64,000 nucleotides of DNA from Eledone cirrhosa (taxonomy: Eukaryota). Numbering within the stretch: the first letter of the stretch is position 1; each line of letters opens with the position of its first letter. The notes under the pieces are model-generated. The model was not told the origin of the DNA. It saw nothing but the letters and a program-made list of their open reading frames with translations, and did no database searches. Shown piece by piece: positions 32,316 to 46,400 of the stretch. The stretch lies in contig OZ024743.1 in NCBI GenBank assembly GCA_964016885.1, forward strand, positions 248,434,001 to 248,498,000, written 5' to 3'. Both the position numbers and the translations under genes were made by a program.

Positions 32316-32435
32316 TTAATCTGTTATTTTAATAAATATATATATATATTATAGATATTATATATATATTATAGAAATATGTATGCAGTAGATGTACAGG
32401 GAAATTAGACAGTAGAAGTCGCACTGATAGACACA

Positions 32436-33090
32436 TTTTTCAAATGCGAGAGGGCACTATAGAAGTGGTGGATAGCTTCCGGTACCTGGGAGATCAGATT
32501 AGCATGGGAGGAGGGTGTTCCGAGGCCATAGTATCTAGAATAAGGACGGGTTGGAAGAAGTTTAGGGAGCTGCTTCCTCTGTTGACGAAGAAGGGTTTCT
32601 CCCTGCGTACGAAAGGCCGGTTGTATGATGCCTGTGTGAGGAGCGCGATGCTGCATGGTAGTGAGACATGGGCAGCAACCGCAGAGGATATGCGACGGCT
32701 GGAGAGAAATGAGGCAAGCATGCTCCGTTGGATGTGCAGTGTAAATGTGCGTGAACGACCCAGCATAAATGTGTTGAGAGAGAAACTGCGTCTGAGAGGG
32801 ATAGAATGTAGTGTACGGGAGAGGAGACTGAGGTGGTATGGACATGTGATGCGCATGGAGGATGACCGATGGGTGAAGAAGTGCCAGGAAATGCCAGTTG
32901 AAGGAAGACGTGGTAGAGGTAGACCACGAAAAACATGGGCGGAGGTGGTGAGAACAGACCTCAGATCATTGAAGCTCACGGTGGAGATGACGAGGGACCG
33001 TGACGAGTGGAGAGATGCTGTGCTGAATAAGACCCGTCCCACCCTTGCAAGCAGGGAAAAGCGGACGTAAAATGATGATGATGATGATGA
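32436..33090 (+). mobile_element. RTE LINE 3' fragment (second family)
   Basis: FRYLGD, LHGSETW, RLRWYGHV, GRPRKTW; (ATG)n tail. Nearly identical to 63587-64000 (minus). Confidence 0.92.
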
Positions 33091-33675
33091 TATATATATA
33101 TATATGTTTATTTTTTGTTTTGTTGTGGTTGTCCATTGAAATGACCATTTTCTCCAGTTGTAGATTGCAGATCCTTTAATGACTATATTCCACTCTTTCA
33201 TGTACAGCTTTGGCCACAGACGATTTGTGAATATTTGGTTGGATATTGATCTGTGTACATGCCTCCTTTCTTATATCTCTTTGTATTATACAATATATTT
33301 CTCCTCCATGTCAATCCCCTTCCAACAGTGAGAATGTCAAAGTGAATAGTTGGTAGCAATGCTCCCCATGCTTGGTGTTAGATACACACACACACATTGG
33401 AAGAGGATTGACTGGAAGGGAATTGACATGAAGGAGAAATACAGTGGACCAAGAGAAACAAGAAAGATTGTTTTTGAAGATGGACAGCAGAATGATGTAT
33501 ATTGTTGAGGCTAATAGTATGGAGTTGCATAACTGCTATTGATTAGTCAATACATTAATACATTTTTAGTTTTTTTGTCTTTTGAAATGATCGTAAAACA
33601 AGGGATTAACTAACTACTGAATTTTGTCATATGTTTCATTGTTAAACCCATGCTAGCGTGGAAGATAGACGTTAA

Positions 33676-33706
<31 letters not shown>

Positions 33707-35475
33707 CTCTCTAGTTTTGAATTCTCAATGACTTGTAATAAGATACCAATTTTCCACAAAACAAATTTCGATTTGCTTAGATGGGATATTCACATCAGTA
33801 CTACATTGAGTTCTAATACCTTAAGTAGAATATTAATGAGTATATATATAATCATCATCATCATCATCATTTAATGTTTGTTTTCCCTACTAGCAAGGTT
33901 TAGATAGGACTTCACAGACTGATTTGGGTTGGGGGCCTGCATCTCCCATACATAGGATTCTGTACTCTACCGAGGGCATTTCATCATAAAATCAGCACTA
34001 GGGACGTTGTTCTGTCTTTGATTATAAACCATTTTCCAGAATGTATTGGGTACATTTATCATGTAGATCACAAACACAAGAGAGATTGTCATATCTGCCA
34101 CAACCAAAGAGTCCCTCTGAATTTTTTTGCTTAGCAAGCTGGATGCTCTTCCTATGCAGCGTACTCTGGGTGCAATTATCATGTAGATCACCAAACACTA
34201 GGGAGGTTGTCATGCCTTAGCATGACTGAAGGGTCCTCCCAACCCAACACTAGAGAGGTTGATATATGATATATATATATATATGATGATGATGATTTGA
34301 AGCTAAACTTAAAGTAGATATATTTACCATTTTTGAATGAGGAGCCTTTTCTTTGAAAAAAAATTACATGTGAATTGTAAATATTTTCACCTATTCCTCT
34401 GTATACAGAAAAGTATAAGAGATTATTCTTATGTATTTTGGACCTTATTGAGTGCTCATCAGGGAATATCTATCCCTATGATTCCAGAATGTTTTTAATA
34501 AAACTGAAACATGTATCATGAGTAGAATGAGTATTAATGCTTATGATTTTTCTTCTCATTGTGGATATAATTTCAATTGAGTAAAATTGTTTTGGGCTCA
34601 CAATATTATATATATATATATATATGTTAGCCTGCACTTAACTATATATTTTTTATGCAGACGGCATCCCTTGGACAATTTACAATGCTAATATTGTATA
34701 ATTAGATGATTTTATTACATGTCTTCTACAAATCTACATTGAGATATTTGAAGGTGTTAAATAGAACATCCTCAACTCTAGCAGAAAAGACACAGACTGT
34801 ATAGGAACAGTCACTGATTACACAACTCCTAATAGAGTAGTAAGCTAGTAAGGGTGCTGTTATATGACGTGTCTTGGGAATTTAAAACGTGACAGCACTT
34901 TTTTATCTCCAGGTTTGACCACAGCCATTTTTTTTTCTTTTGAGAGAGAGAGAGAGGGAGAGAGAGAGAGAGAGAGGGGAGACCATGCCAGAAAGGAAGA
35001 GGTAAAGTTGGCTTTGGTGAAATTTGAAAACGAGAATGAATACTGCAAAATGTTCTATCCAATGCCCTAATGACTGCCAATTCACCACCTTATATGGGAA
35101 CTGTACTTTTGGATTATCTTTTCTAGTTATGAAAAAAGGAAACAAGCTGATCCAAGGAAACTATGTTGTCATTGGTCTTTCCATTGATAATACTGTGTTG
35201 GGTTCAACTCCTGGCATCACATTTCTGGTGAAAGAAGGCAAGATTTGGACTCAGAATACAAGAGTCAGAATAAATGCTGCAAAGCATCTATTCTGACATT
35301 CTAATGACTCTACCAATTTGTTTGGCCAATGAATTAAATTCATGTCAAATAGCAAAGTCTGCTGATCACTTGCCATGTTGATATTATGGAATTTACTCCA
35401 AATAAAACATAAGTACGTGAAATAAGATTTAACCTTGTATTAAGTTAGTCTGAAATAAAATATTCAAAAATACAT

Positions 35476-36110
35476 TTAAGATCTTATAGGAATTGAGTCT
35501 TTAGGAATTTGAAACTCTTCATCAATAGTAATGTCAGCTGTACTTGAAAGTTCATCATCACTGTAAGATAAAGTGTCTTCATCATCAGCAGCTACAGAAG
35601 AATTTGATTCAATTTCTGATGACTCTACTGAAGCTGCGTTAACAGTATCCAACACACCACGGATGCTGTCAAGAATAGTGGGATGAGGTTTATGAAAGCC
35701 AGGAATTAATATGAGGCTTTTCTCTGAGTAAGGTTCGATGAAGTTAGCAACATAAGATGCACAGCCTCTAGGGTCATGATCACCACTTTTGGCAGGTTTA
35801 TTCCAAAATGTTCTTTGAGAAGCTGGGAATGGCTTTACTCTGTTGAGTCGAATCTCTTCAAGAAGCCAATGAGTAAGTTCAGGGGAGAAATATTTACTGA
35901 ACGTTTGCTGTACTTTGCTTCTAGAGCGAATGAGGAGCATCTTGGCTACAGTGTTTGGATGTAAGAAGGCCTTTATCGCTCTCCATACGCCCTGGAAGAC
36001 TGGACTGTGGTTAAGGCATATTACCATGCCGAGACGTTCAGGATAGTGGTTGGACATCACCTGAGTAACACCATAGCCGAGGCGTGGGTTGCATAAAGGA
36101 AGTCTCAAAC
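35476..36110 (-). CDS. CRAL-TRIO (Sec14-like) lipid-binding protein, last coding exon
   Basis: Acceptor tttcag (36111-36112), phase 1. Reads GLRLPLCNPRLGYGVTQVMSNHYPERLGMVICLNHSPVFQGVWRAIKAFLHPNTVAK, with the HYPERL CRAL-TRIO signature and an acidic C-terminal tail to TAA. Confidence 0.9.
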
Positions 36111-37201
36111 CTGAAATGATAATATTAGATTTAGAAATTTTAGCTATTTGAAATTTAAATCCATCAATGCATATTTTATACTTGTTATTCATAATTATGA
36201 TGATGTCTAAAGAATAATCTACCAACTGAACATAAATAGAATTTTACTGAAATGTTATTCCATTTCAAAAGGTTGTTTAAAGAAAGGGTGATATATAGAC
36301 ATGATAGAACTGAGGCTCCAATCATTAAAACATTCAAGAAACCAATGAGGTTGCATCTCATAAGAGGCTGGCTAAACCTATGCAGGTGTGACACTAGTTA
36401 GGCACTAGTTAGATGACTACAAAATGAAAGTAGCTAAGGTATCAAAACTATGGTCACTGTGCAAATCCTGAATTATTAATCCAATTAGGAACTCTTATAA
36501 AATGATTTGTTACACCTGGTAATGGTTACTTAAACAGAGTTGTAAGTGCAGATGAGAAGTTTCAGTTGTACTACTGATGAAGTTGGCAAAGAGACTTTTC
36601 TCATCTTTGACTCAATCATACTAAATATCTCTTATTTTCTACTTAATTTACCTAACAGTCGGTTGATTATGAGTCCAATTTACTTTAGAGGAGATAGGTT
36701 AGTTGTATATGTCCTAATACTATTAGTGATGCAAATAAATTGTAACCACATCACAAAATCATCTTTAAAGGGGGCTTGCTTTATAACACTCACAATCTAT
36801 CTACTTATATATTTGATAAATCATTAAATTTATCTTTAATTTACTTAGTTACTTATTTACTAATTATCAATTTACCTATTTATTCATTTATTAGATACAT
36901 GATTATCTGCTTTTCTCATTAACATCCCACACCTATGTATGAAGTCACTAACTGGTCTATACTACAAATTATGACAACATGAAGATCAATAATATATATG
37001 AGAACTATTGATTTTGCTCATGAGCTAGTCAATGAGGTTGATCCAAAAAACAAATCAATTTCACAAATGTTTTTTCCCTTATTGAAAACATTAAGGTAAA
37101 GTATCAGGATTCTTATATTAAGAGGAATAAAAAATACATATTTTTACAGTTATATTGACCCCTTTTGTATTTAGTATATTAATTGATATACCCTTTTTGA
37201 T

Positions 37202-37370
37202 AATAATTGTTTCTACTTTTGGCACAAGGCCAACATTACTGGTACTTTATTTTATCGACACCGTAAGGATGAAAGGCAAAGTTAACCTCGGCTGGATTTG
37301 AACTCAGAATGGCAAGTGCCATAACTATGCGTCAAAGCATGGCGTCCGACTCTCTACCGATACTGCCAAC
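37202..37370 (-). mobile_element. tRNA-derived SINE (family also at 39861-40040, 45838-45930, 47401-47591, 52042-52232 on minus; 51251-51431, 53890-54022 on plus)
   Basis: Shared head TGGCAGTATCGGTAGAG..GAGTTCAAATCC (B box), core TTTCATCCTTACGGGGTCGATAAAATAAAGTACCAG and tail GGCCTTGTGCC..AGTAGAAACAATTATT. Confidence 0.85.
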
Positions 37371-37750
37371 CCTTTTTGATAATAATATAAATAATACATT
37401 TTAACATGATTGACATGATGACAAATGTTCTCCATGGATTGAGTTTAAATCCTGTCAAAGACAACTTCGCATTTCCTCCTTTCTGGTTTGGCAAAATTGT
37501 TAGAATGTCAGACAGTTTACCTTCCAACTCTGAGTTCTGAGTTTGCTTACAATGTCACTGGTGCCAAGTTGTTGTCTTTACCTTGGACAACATCAGTGGT
37601 ATGGAGCATGGAGATTTGCATGTATGAACAATTGTTGGTCTTCAACAAATAACGGTTTCTGATTTAGGTCCAAGGCCAATAATTTTGGAGGAAGGGAAAG
37701 TCGATTAAATCGACCTCAGTGTGTTACTGGTACTTTATTTTATCAACCCC

Positions 37751-37970
37751 TTAACCTTTTAGCATCTACATTACTCTATATATACTATTGTATTTTCATA
37801 GTAAACACTTCATCACACATAATTATCTCACATTATATTGAATCTGAGATTTTGATATTATTTATTTTGAGAACACTACCTTAACATCAGTATGAGCAGC
37901 CAGTTACGGGTGGTTTGAACAGAAAAAGGTGAAAGGAATCTGGCCAGATACAGCTGGTTTAAAGGGTTAA
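37751..37970 (+). mobile_element. piggyBac-like MITE inserted into a SINE (37655-38085)
   Basis: TTAA at both ends; interrupts the SINE core between ATCAACCCC and GGATGAAAGG. Confidence 0.8.
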
Positions 37971-39528
37971 GGATGAAAGGCAAAGCTAACCTTGGTGGGG
38001 TTTGAACTCAGAACGTAAAGGGATGTAACTATGCCACGAAGCATAGTGCTGGATGCTCTACTGATACTGCATTTCCACCGCTCTGTCTTCAACAAATAAT
38101 AAGAGAGAACTTTCCTGGTACAGATATATTTGTCTCACAGAACATAAGGAGATACCAGATTTATGAATGTGTATTCTAAGATATTCTAGATATTTTATCA
38201 AATTTGATCGAATTGGATCTGTTATGGAATTGGATTATGTGTTCTGTAAGTTTGAAATTTGTTGGAGTGTCTCCCCTCTAATCTGCTAGCATGTTAATAC
38301 AAGTAAATTTTAACCTTTTCATTATCATGTTTCTAGTGAAAGACTATGATTTTCAAATAATTTCAATACTAACCAAGAATTCATGGGTTTTAGAAATATA
38401 ATTAACTTTGTATTTGGTTTTTGGAATTTAACAAAATAGTGTGTTTTATTAAATATATAATCATGATAGGTTTAAATAAATGGTTTCCTATCACAGAACC
38501 AGGGTCGATTTTAGGTGGTTTGATATCAAAAGGGTTAAACAATGTTTGAGTCTGTTAGGGGAAAAATTATCACCAATGATAATTTCAAGTATACCGTACA
38601 AACCCATGCAAGCGTGGAACAGGGACGTTAAACGATGATGATGATGATGATGATGACTGTGCAATGAAGATGAACAACAAACATAATGATGCTAAAAGAA
38701 ATAAAAAGTAATCCAGATAATAATCAATAATATTTGATGACAAAAGCAGAACTTAATATAAATTCATTGAATTCTTTGTTGAATTGCTGAAGAAATCGAT
38801 AAAGTAAACTATGTAAATAACTAACTAAACATTATGTGTGGTCTCAGATTTAAGGGATGTGATTGTGTGTCTAAGGAAAGAATGGATGGAAAATAAAGAG
38901 AGTGTGATTAAGAAATACATGTTATAGGCACGTGTATGTTTTTGTAGAGATGTGTGTATATATAGCAGAAAAAGATAAATATTTGTGAAGATAATGTGTT
39001 CATCTCAGTAAAATATTTGAATGGTTGTATTTATGTATGAGTGTATGTGTTTGTATGCGTGTGTGTGTTTGAGTGTGTATGTTGCTGAATCAGCATCATC
39101 ATCACAATTATCCCCACTATTACCACCAGGACAAACTAGACAAAACTAGACCAAACCAGACCAGAGATGAGCCAGTTGGAATCTGCTTGCTACACATTCT
39201 AGTTCTTTTATTTTGTTCTCTTACATGTAAGTACATTATGTACACTACATACCATGCACATGTATATACCCACAACCAATGCATAGATCATATGTATTTA
39301 GCACTGGTTACTAAAATACTTAATAGACAGTTTGAAATGGGGCTTACATTTCACCTCTTGCCAAGGTTTATAACCAACCTTTTGTGTGTGTTTGTTTGCG
39401 TGCATGTGAGAGAGAGAGAGAGAGAGAGAGAGGGGACACTTTACATTCTGCTTTGGCCTGACCATCACCAACATTTGTCCTCATGATCATACATAACAAA
39501 GTAAGTAGTGTTGTACAATTAAACATAC

Positions 39529-39706
39529 CTGTACAATCAATGATGAACACCCATGTGGTAACACCAGGTCTCATGGTTACTTTGGCATTTTCAATAAGGT
39601 AAGTCACATGACTGATAGAATCTTCTACGGTGATTTTCCGTGCTGTCGTCTGTATAAAACTGGAATAGATAACTGGACGGCCCAACTCATCAAAGCCAAC
39701 TTGTCT
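39529..39706 (-). CDS. CRAL-TRIO protein, internal exon
   Basis: AG acceptor 39707-39708, GTATGT donor 39528; 178 bp, phase 0 to 1. Reads RQVGFDELGRPVIY...TWVFIIDCTG; phases match both neighbouring exons. Confidence 0.88.
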
Positions 39707-40539
39707 CTAAAAAAAGAGAAATGATAATATACAATAAATATACATATATAATTCTTTCTACTTTTGGCACAAGGCCAGAATATACATATATAATGATACT
39801 TGGTTAACTTACAAAGCATTGAAAAATTTGAAAATATAGTTGCCACATGCAGATAGCTATAATAATTGTTTCTACTTTTGGCACAAGGCCAGCAATTACC
39901 CAGTGCATTACTGGTACTTTATTTTATCGACCCCGTAAGGATGAACGGCAAAGTTAACCTCGTCGGCATTTGAACTCAGAATGGCAAGGGCTGTAACTAT
40001 GCGTCAAAGCATGGCGTCCGACCCTCTACCGATACTGCCATAATAATAGTTGATAACTATAGATAATAGTTGAATAAATCAAATAAAATATCCCTGAAAT
40101 TGGAAAAACATGGTTAGCAATTTCTTTTATTATCTATATTAATCAGGTATTATCATAGTTATCTGCATTGTGGCAACTGTATTTTCAAATATATATGATA
40201 TAATTATTTGAATGTGTTTCATATCACAAGAGAATGAGCCATCGATATATAAACAGATATGAATGTATGTATTTCTGTGTGAGATCAGTTAAGTTTATGG
40301 AACTAATAGCATCATTGGTTGATCAATCAATGATCTACATCTATAAATATTTAGTTACAGATGGAAATATATTCCTAGGAACAAAAAAAAACAAACAAAT
40401 CTAAATTAAACCTTCAGTGACTTAAACTACTGTAAACATCCAGACTCTAATATATAACATCATCATCACCACTACCATTTAACAACTATTTTCCATTCTT
40501 ACATGGGTTAAACTGGTTATCATTGTTTTTTTTTTTTTA

Positions 40540-40756
40540 TTAACCCTTTAGCATTCACATTATTTTATATATACTATTATATTTTCATGTTAAAGGCTTT
40601 ACCTCACATAATATCTCACATAATATCGAATCTATGAGATTTTGAAAGTATTTATTTTGAGAACAATACCTTAACATCAATTCGAGCAACCAGTTACAGC
40701 CAGTTTCAACAGAAAAAGGTAGAGAATTCTGGCCGGTTTGAACATTAAAGGGTTAA
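40540..40756 (+). mobile_element. Intact piggyBac-like MITE (other copies ~1238-1400, 43846-44047, 47290-47670, 48542-48766)
   Basis: TTAA-CCCTTTA ... TAAAGGG-TTAA terminal inverted repeats, ~215 bp, non-coding, multiple copies in the window. Confidence 0.82.
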
Positions 40757-43276
40757 ATATATAATCATGATAGATTTTTAGATAGATATAAATACTTTAA
40801 ATAAATGGTTTCATATCACAGAACCAGGGTTGATTTCTGGTGGTTTGTTATCAAAAGGCTCAAACAATGTTTGAGTTGCTTAGGGGGAAAATTATCACCA
40901 ATGATAATTTCAAGTATATTATACAATGAAGATGAACAACAAATATAATGATGCCTAAAAGAAATATGCTCCATTTCTGGCTTGGTTTCTATGGCTGGGT
41001 GTCCTTTCCAGTGCTAATTACTTCACAATGTGTAATATGAGCATTTTTCATGGCACCAGCACTTTCATGGGTAGAACAACAACAACCTCATTGTTAGATT
41101 GATATTTGTAAAGACTGAATAGCTTAGTGTATAAAATTTAAATAATTAACAGTTCTTTTTCTGTGCATGCAGAGGATACCCAGCCATAGAAACCAAGCCA
41201 AAAATTTATTTATATTTGTTCCTTTTTCACAGCGAGGCATATATTTAAAAAAAAATGAATTTATGCTTTTATTAAAATATGCACAATTATATATTAAATT
41301 ACATTTTCAAATTTAATATTTTCCTCTCTCCATATTTATGACATTTACACAAATTGGATTTTATGGCACATAGAACTTGTTATATTTTGTTGCATTCAAT
41401 GGTAGGTAGGTAAATGGAATGATAGATAGATAGAGACAGATATAAATATACATTGACAAACATAGGTATACCATATATACTTGGAAATAAGCAGAGAAAT
41501 ATGTGACAAAAAAAAAAATCAATAGTAAAATGGGGTTAATTTTTAGTAGAGGTCAATATTTTGCTGATTTTCACCAACTCTAATTTTCAAAATTCTAATA
41601 AATGAAGTGCTAAAATATTTTCTCTTTGGTGGTTAATATTACACCAGTTTCACTTTGGAGGTGAATATTACATTGGTTTCACTTTCAATGGGAAATTCGT
41701 ATTTCCTATTATTTTTGATAGGTTTTGGATAAATATTGTCTTCAAAATTGCCGTCAGAAATTGGTAAAAAAAAAAATCATTGGAGTTGTGAATTAAAAAC
41801 AATACTCTAAATGGCACTTAAAACATTTTAAATATCAAAATATTAAAACTTCATAAATATATTCTCCACTCATGAGAATTTCAAAACCACACTTGACTTG
41901 GTTTATAAACAGGGTTTGGGTTTTTATCTATTTCTCAGACATAAAATTGGTATTGGGCTAGTAGGTATCATGACAAAAGTGAGCGCCCATGTGTAGGTGT
42001 CATGGCAAAAAGCATCCAGTCTGCACTGTAAAGTGGTTGTGTAGGTGTCATGTCAAAAAGCACCCAGCCCACACTGCAAATGTGGTTGGCATTAGGAAGG
42101 GCATCCAGCCGTAGAAACTAAGCCAAAATCAGTTCTGTGTGAGTGAATCATGGTCTCCCGACCTGATCTCTCACAAAGCGATAGCCCGTCCTACTCATGT
42201 AGTGTGGAAGATGGACGTTAAACGATAGACCAAAACAAAATAGATAGATCAACAAAGACAGATGTTCAGAAGCAACCAAACACATTCAAATTTGCTTAAC
42301 CCTTCAAAACTAGCCTGCCTGCGACTGTCCATGATTGTATGATATAAACTCTCACATTTTACATTGTCTGTATTTAAATTGAAACCTTCCTTTATGATTT
42401 TATGTGAGAACCTATTAAGTTATATTCCAAACATGAGTTTGATGAGAAGAAAATGAGGTATTCTACTAAATCCAACTAAGTTCTTGGTTATTTTCAAGAT
42501 TATTTGAAACTCATAAGCAGTGTCTTTCATTAAAAAATGTGGCAATGAAAGGATTAATAAGAAAATGAAGTATTTTTAACTAATATATATATATATATAT
42601 ATAAACAGTATATAAGAAATATAGATATAAACTTAACTATTTCTGCATTTGTTTCACACCCCCCAGTTAAACAATGATATAGACCCCATTGTCTAAATAT
42701 CTTAGAATTTCATGTTACCAGTTGCAGTTTTAGTTCTATATTCTATCCAACCATTTTTAATCTACTTCTGAATGAAGCCTCAACTATGCTAGTTTTAGTC
42801 CTATCAATCTATACAGAAGTGTAGGGGGCTGAGTAAATATTCCTGGCCACTGACACCTTAAAGTCTATATTATATGTTACTTATTCTAAACACAGTTCAC
42901 GTGCGTGTTGATTTTGTTAAAGTTATTACACTAGCTACTTATTCCTTGGAATATGATGGACTTAACATGTTTTCTAGGTGAAAAATCAACGTACTTACTA
43001 CTAATAACTGTCTTCCTTCAATAAAGGAGAAATGATTTATTAAGAAGTAGACTAGATATTTCATTGGAGGTATATTGCTACATAAACAATCAATATATCT
43101 TTGTGACAACAACATTTGGAGATTTCCTTTCACACCATGTGAACAAATATTGGACAGTCAAAAAGAGAATGAAAAAATATACATAAATACATGAAATTAA
43201 AGAGTGTAGAGTAAAGAAAGAAAGAATAAAAGAAAAAGAAGAAAGGGAAAGAAGGGATGAAAGAAAGAAAAGAGAG

Positions 43277-43489
43277 AAAGAAAAAAGAGAAAGAAAAAGA
43301 GAAAGAAAAAGAGAAAGAAAAAGAGAAAGAAAAAGAGAAAGAAAAAGAGAAAGAAAAAGAGAAAGAAAAAGAGAAAGAAAAAGAGAAAGAAAAAGAGAAA
43401 GAAAAAGAGAAAGAAAAAGAGAAAGAAAAAGAGAAAGAAAAAGAGAAAGAAAAAGAGAAAGAAAAAGAGAAAGAAAAAGAGAAAGAAAA
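43277..43489. repeat. 12-bp all-purine tandem repeat (GAAAAAGAGAAA)n in a CRAL-TRIO intron
   Basis: About 17-18 exact units. Confidence 0.95.
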
Positions 43490-46400
43490 CGAGAAAGGAA
43501 GACAAGTGCAAATACTTTAAAGAGAACTTGAAGAATTTTGTTTTAAGTTTATATTTTGAAGATTAATAATCATGCATCTGAACATAGTTGTATAAGCATA
43601 TTTGACGTGTATATGTTTATTGATTTATAGTCTTAATGCCAGGAAAAAGACTCTCAACAAATTGATTCTGTTATTAGCTTTAAGATGGAATAGTTTCAAG
43701 CAGAATCAGAGTTGTAGTTCGAAAATTTCACAAGACACAAGAAAGTCATATGAAAACGAATGGTAATGCTTTAGCTTTTAGTTTTATGACTCAAGTGAAA
43801 TGAATTTATGCAGTGTCAAGTCATGGAAAGTACTTTTAAATGGTATTAACCCTTTAATGTTCAAACCGGCCAAAATTCTCTACCTTTTTCTGTTGAAACT
43901 GGCTGTAACTGGTCACTCAAATTGATAAGGTATTGTTCTCAAAATAAATTCTTACAAAATCTCATAGATTCGATATTATGTGAGATAAAGCATTTATCAT
44001 GAAAATATAATAGTATATATAGAGTAATATGAATGCTAAAGGGTTAAGAAATGAGATCTCTAGTGGCAGTGAACACATCTATCTGAGTTCAAAAGAATGA
44101 GAAGAAAGGTTCAAATATTATCTGAACTTTTGTAGCAAAGAACTTTTTATAGAAATCAATTCTTTTGTCTATGGTTACCATATTCTTTGGCTGGTTTCTA
44201 TTCAGCAACGAGGAAGTGTCTGAAAAATTTGATACAGAACAAATATCACAAGGGATTTAGATTGAGAAGCAGTAGTTTTTTGGTTTCCTTGCCAAGGTTT
44301 ATACATTCTTCATTGATATATGTTGGCAATAAATAGATAGACAGACAGACAGATAGATACATAGACACACACACAACTTCTGTACAGTTTCCTTCTCAGC
44401 AATTCCATTGACAAGACAAACATCAACCTGAAGCTTTAGAAGACAAACAACATTTGCATGAGGTATAGTGTAATGAAATCAAACCCAGAACTAAGTAGTT
44501 GTGAAACAAATTCTTAACCAAATAACTATGCCGGCATCCGATTTGCTCAAACATTCAGCATAATACTTATGAAATTTTTAGACAAACTCATTGGACTACT
44601 AATGTTATTTAACAGGGAAATTTTGAAAAATAATAAAAAATGTATCATTGTGGAATTTTGATAATATTTCTAGAAGAGAAAATACATCTGCAGCATACAT
44701 CCGAGGCATTAAGATTGTTTCAATATGTATATCTGATGAGACCATGGATCTATGCCTGGAAAGTTTCTTCCCGAAGTGCAGGTTTGGAAATGTTTCTTTG
44801 TGTGTGTGTTTGGAAGACTAGAGGTCACCTATGTATGCAAGTCTCCCCTCTCTATGCCATCTATATTGTCCAAGGAAAAACAATAGCTGATACAGCTTAT
44901 CACCAAAATCATTGCAGGCAAAGTCAGAACACAAAAGAGATACACTGTCATTTTTGAAAGGATGAAAGGAAAAGTTGAGCCCAGTGGGATTTAAACACTC
45001 AATACAGAGAAAGCCAGAACAAATACAGCAAAGCATTCAATTTGACAGAGCCAATTCACTACTTTCATTATAGCACATTACTTTGTAGTAGTTTAATCTA
45101 CCTCAGTAACGATTTGTTTCAAACATTTTAACTAGGAGTGAATACCGATATTAATGATTGTTAGTTCAAATTAAGAGTGTGATTAATTGGCATCATATGT
45201 GACAAAGTATTTATAATGACAACATACTTAAAACAAGATAAGTTTATTGTAACGTTACCCAATAGTTCTCATTAATACTTATTGAAAAAATATTATGATG
45301 TATTAATGAGTAGTGTTATTCTTAGCAGCTATACTGACAAAGAGAGCAAGAAAACACATCATTATCTCTGAATATGTTTGATTAAAGCAAATGGATCTCC
45401 GTTGATTTTGATGATGAGTATTCTTATTGAATTAGCATGTATCCTTAATGTAATTCCCAAGCCAAATCAGCATGACAATGTTTGACAAAACTGGATGGAC
45501 ATTTTACAATCCATCTGGCAGGATTTTAAACAGTTTCCATCTAACCAAATTCCCTCACAAGGGCCAGAGGTGTATTTTCACTGCTGAGGGCCATAGATGT
45601 GTTTTCACTTCTTAGCTAAGGCGACACTGACTAAAAGACTTCTGATAGCCAGAGGTATGTTTTCACTTCTCAGCTAAAGTATGTTCCATTTTCTTTACAC
45701 TCTTTGAAAAGTGGCTTTGATTTCAGTTTTTTGTAACATTTTTTCAGCAGTTCTTTTTTCTATCTAGCCCAGTCACCCATTGCTGAACAATGCCAAAATG
45801 CCTGTAAGGTCAGTTCACTTCCGTAGATAGATAAATATAATTGTTTCTACTTTAGGCACAAGGCCAGCAATTATCCAGTGCATTACTGGTACTTTATTTT
45901 ATCGACCCCGTAAGGATGAAAGGCAAAGTCAGGTAGATCAGTGACATAGCAAAGGTTTTTAGTGTCTGTGAACCAAAAAGACTTTTAGCCCACCCACTTA
46001 ATTAACAGGCAATAAGCTAATGGAAACTTTGCACCCCTTAATACCTGTTCTTGAGACCTACTTCTTCCAATCACTCTCTTCTTGCTATGTCTCTGAATCA
46101 AACTTTACAAGATCAACAATGGATTGCAGAAAATCAAATAACTTACAAACAATAAACTGTCAATATATAATAAACATTACAATGACTGAGCTACCATACT
46201 TTTGGGGGATATAATATATATTGCACCAGTATATAAGATGCATCCATATTTTGAAGAAAACGTTCTAGAATAAAGATATCAATATTGATAATAATTGTGT
46301 ATTGATATATACTAAACTGCATGTCTATTTAAATATACAACTATACTTGTACAAGGTTTGTGTAAAGTATACAGACATTATTATTAGATGGTGGGTTGGC

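Larger units (their letters stand above)
31168..32340. mobile_element. E6: non-coding foldback made of two opposed terminal repeats of the E5 family
   Basis: Left arm 31168-31545 matches 23097-23452. Right arm 31542-32340 matches the reverse complement of ~23182-23842. No coding sequence. Confidence 0.85.

Noticed and set aside
36111-36225. First 38 aa of the 249-aa ORF
   Set aside because: Intron sequence upstream of the splice acceptor.
43197-43520. Poly-KE / poly-FFFL ORFs
   Set aside because: 12-bp intronic tandem repeat.
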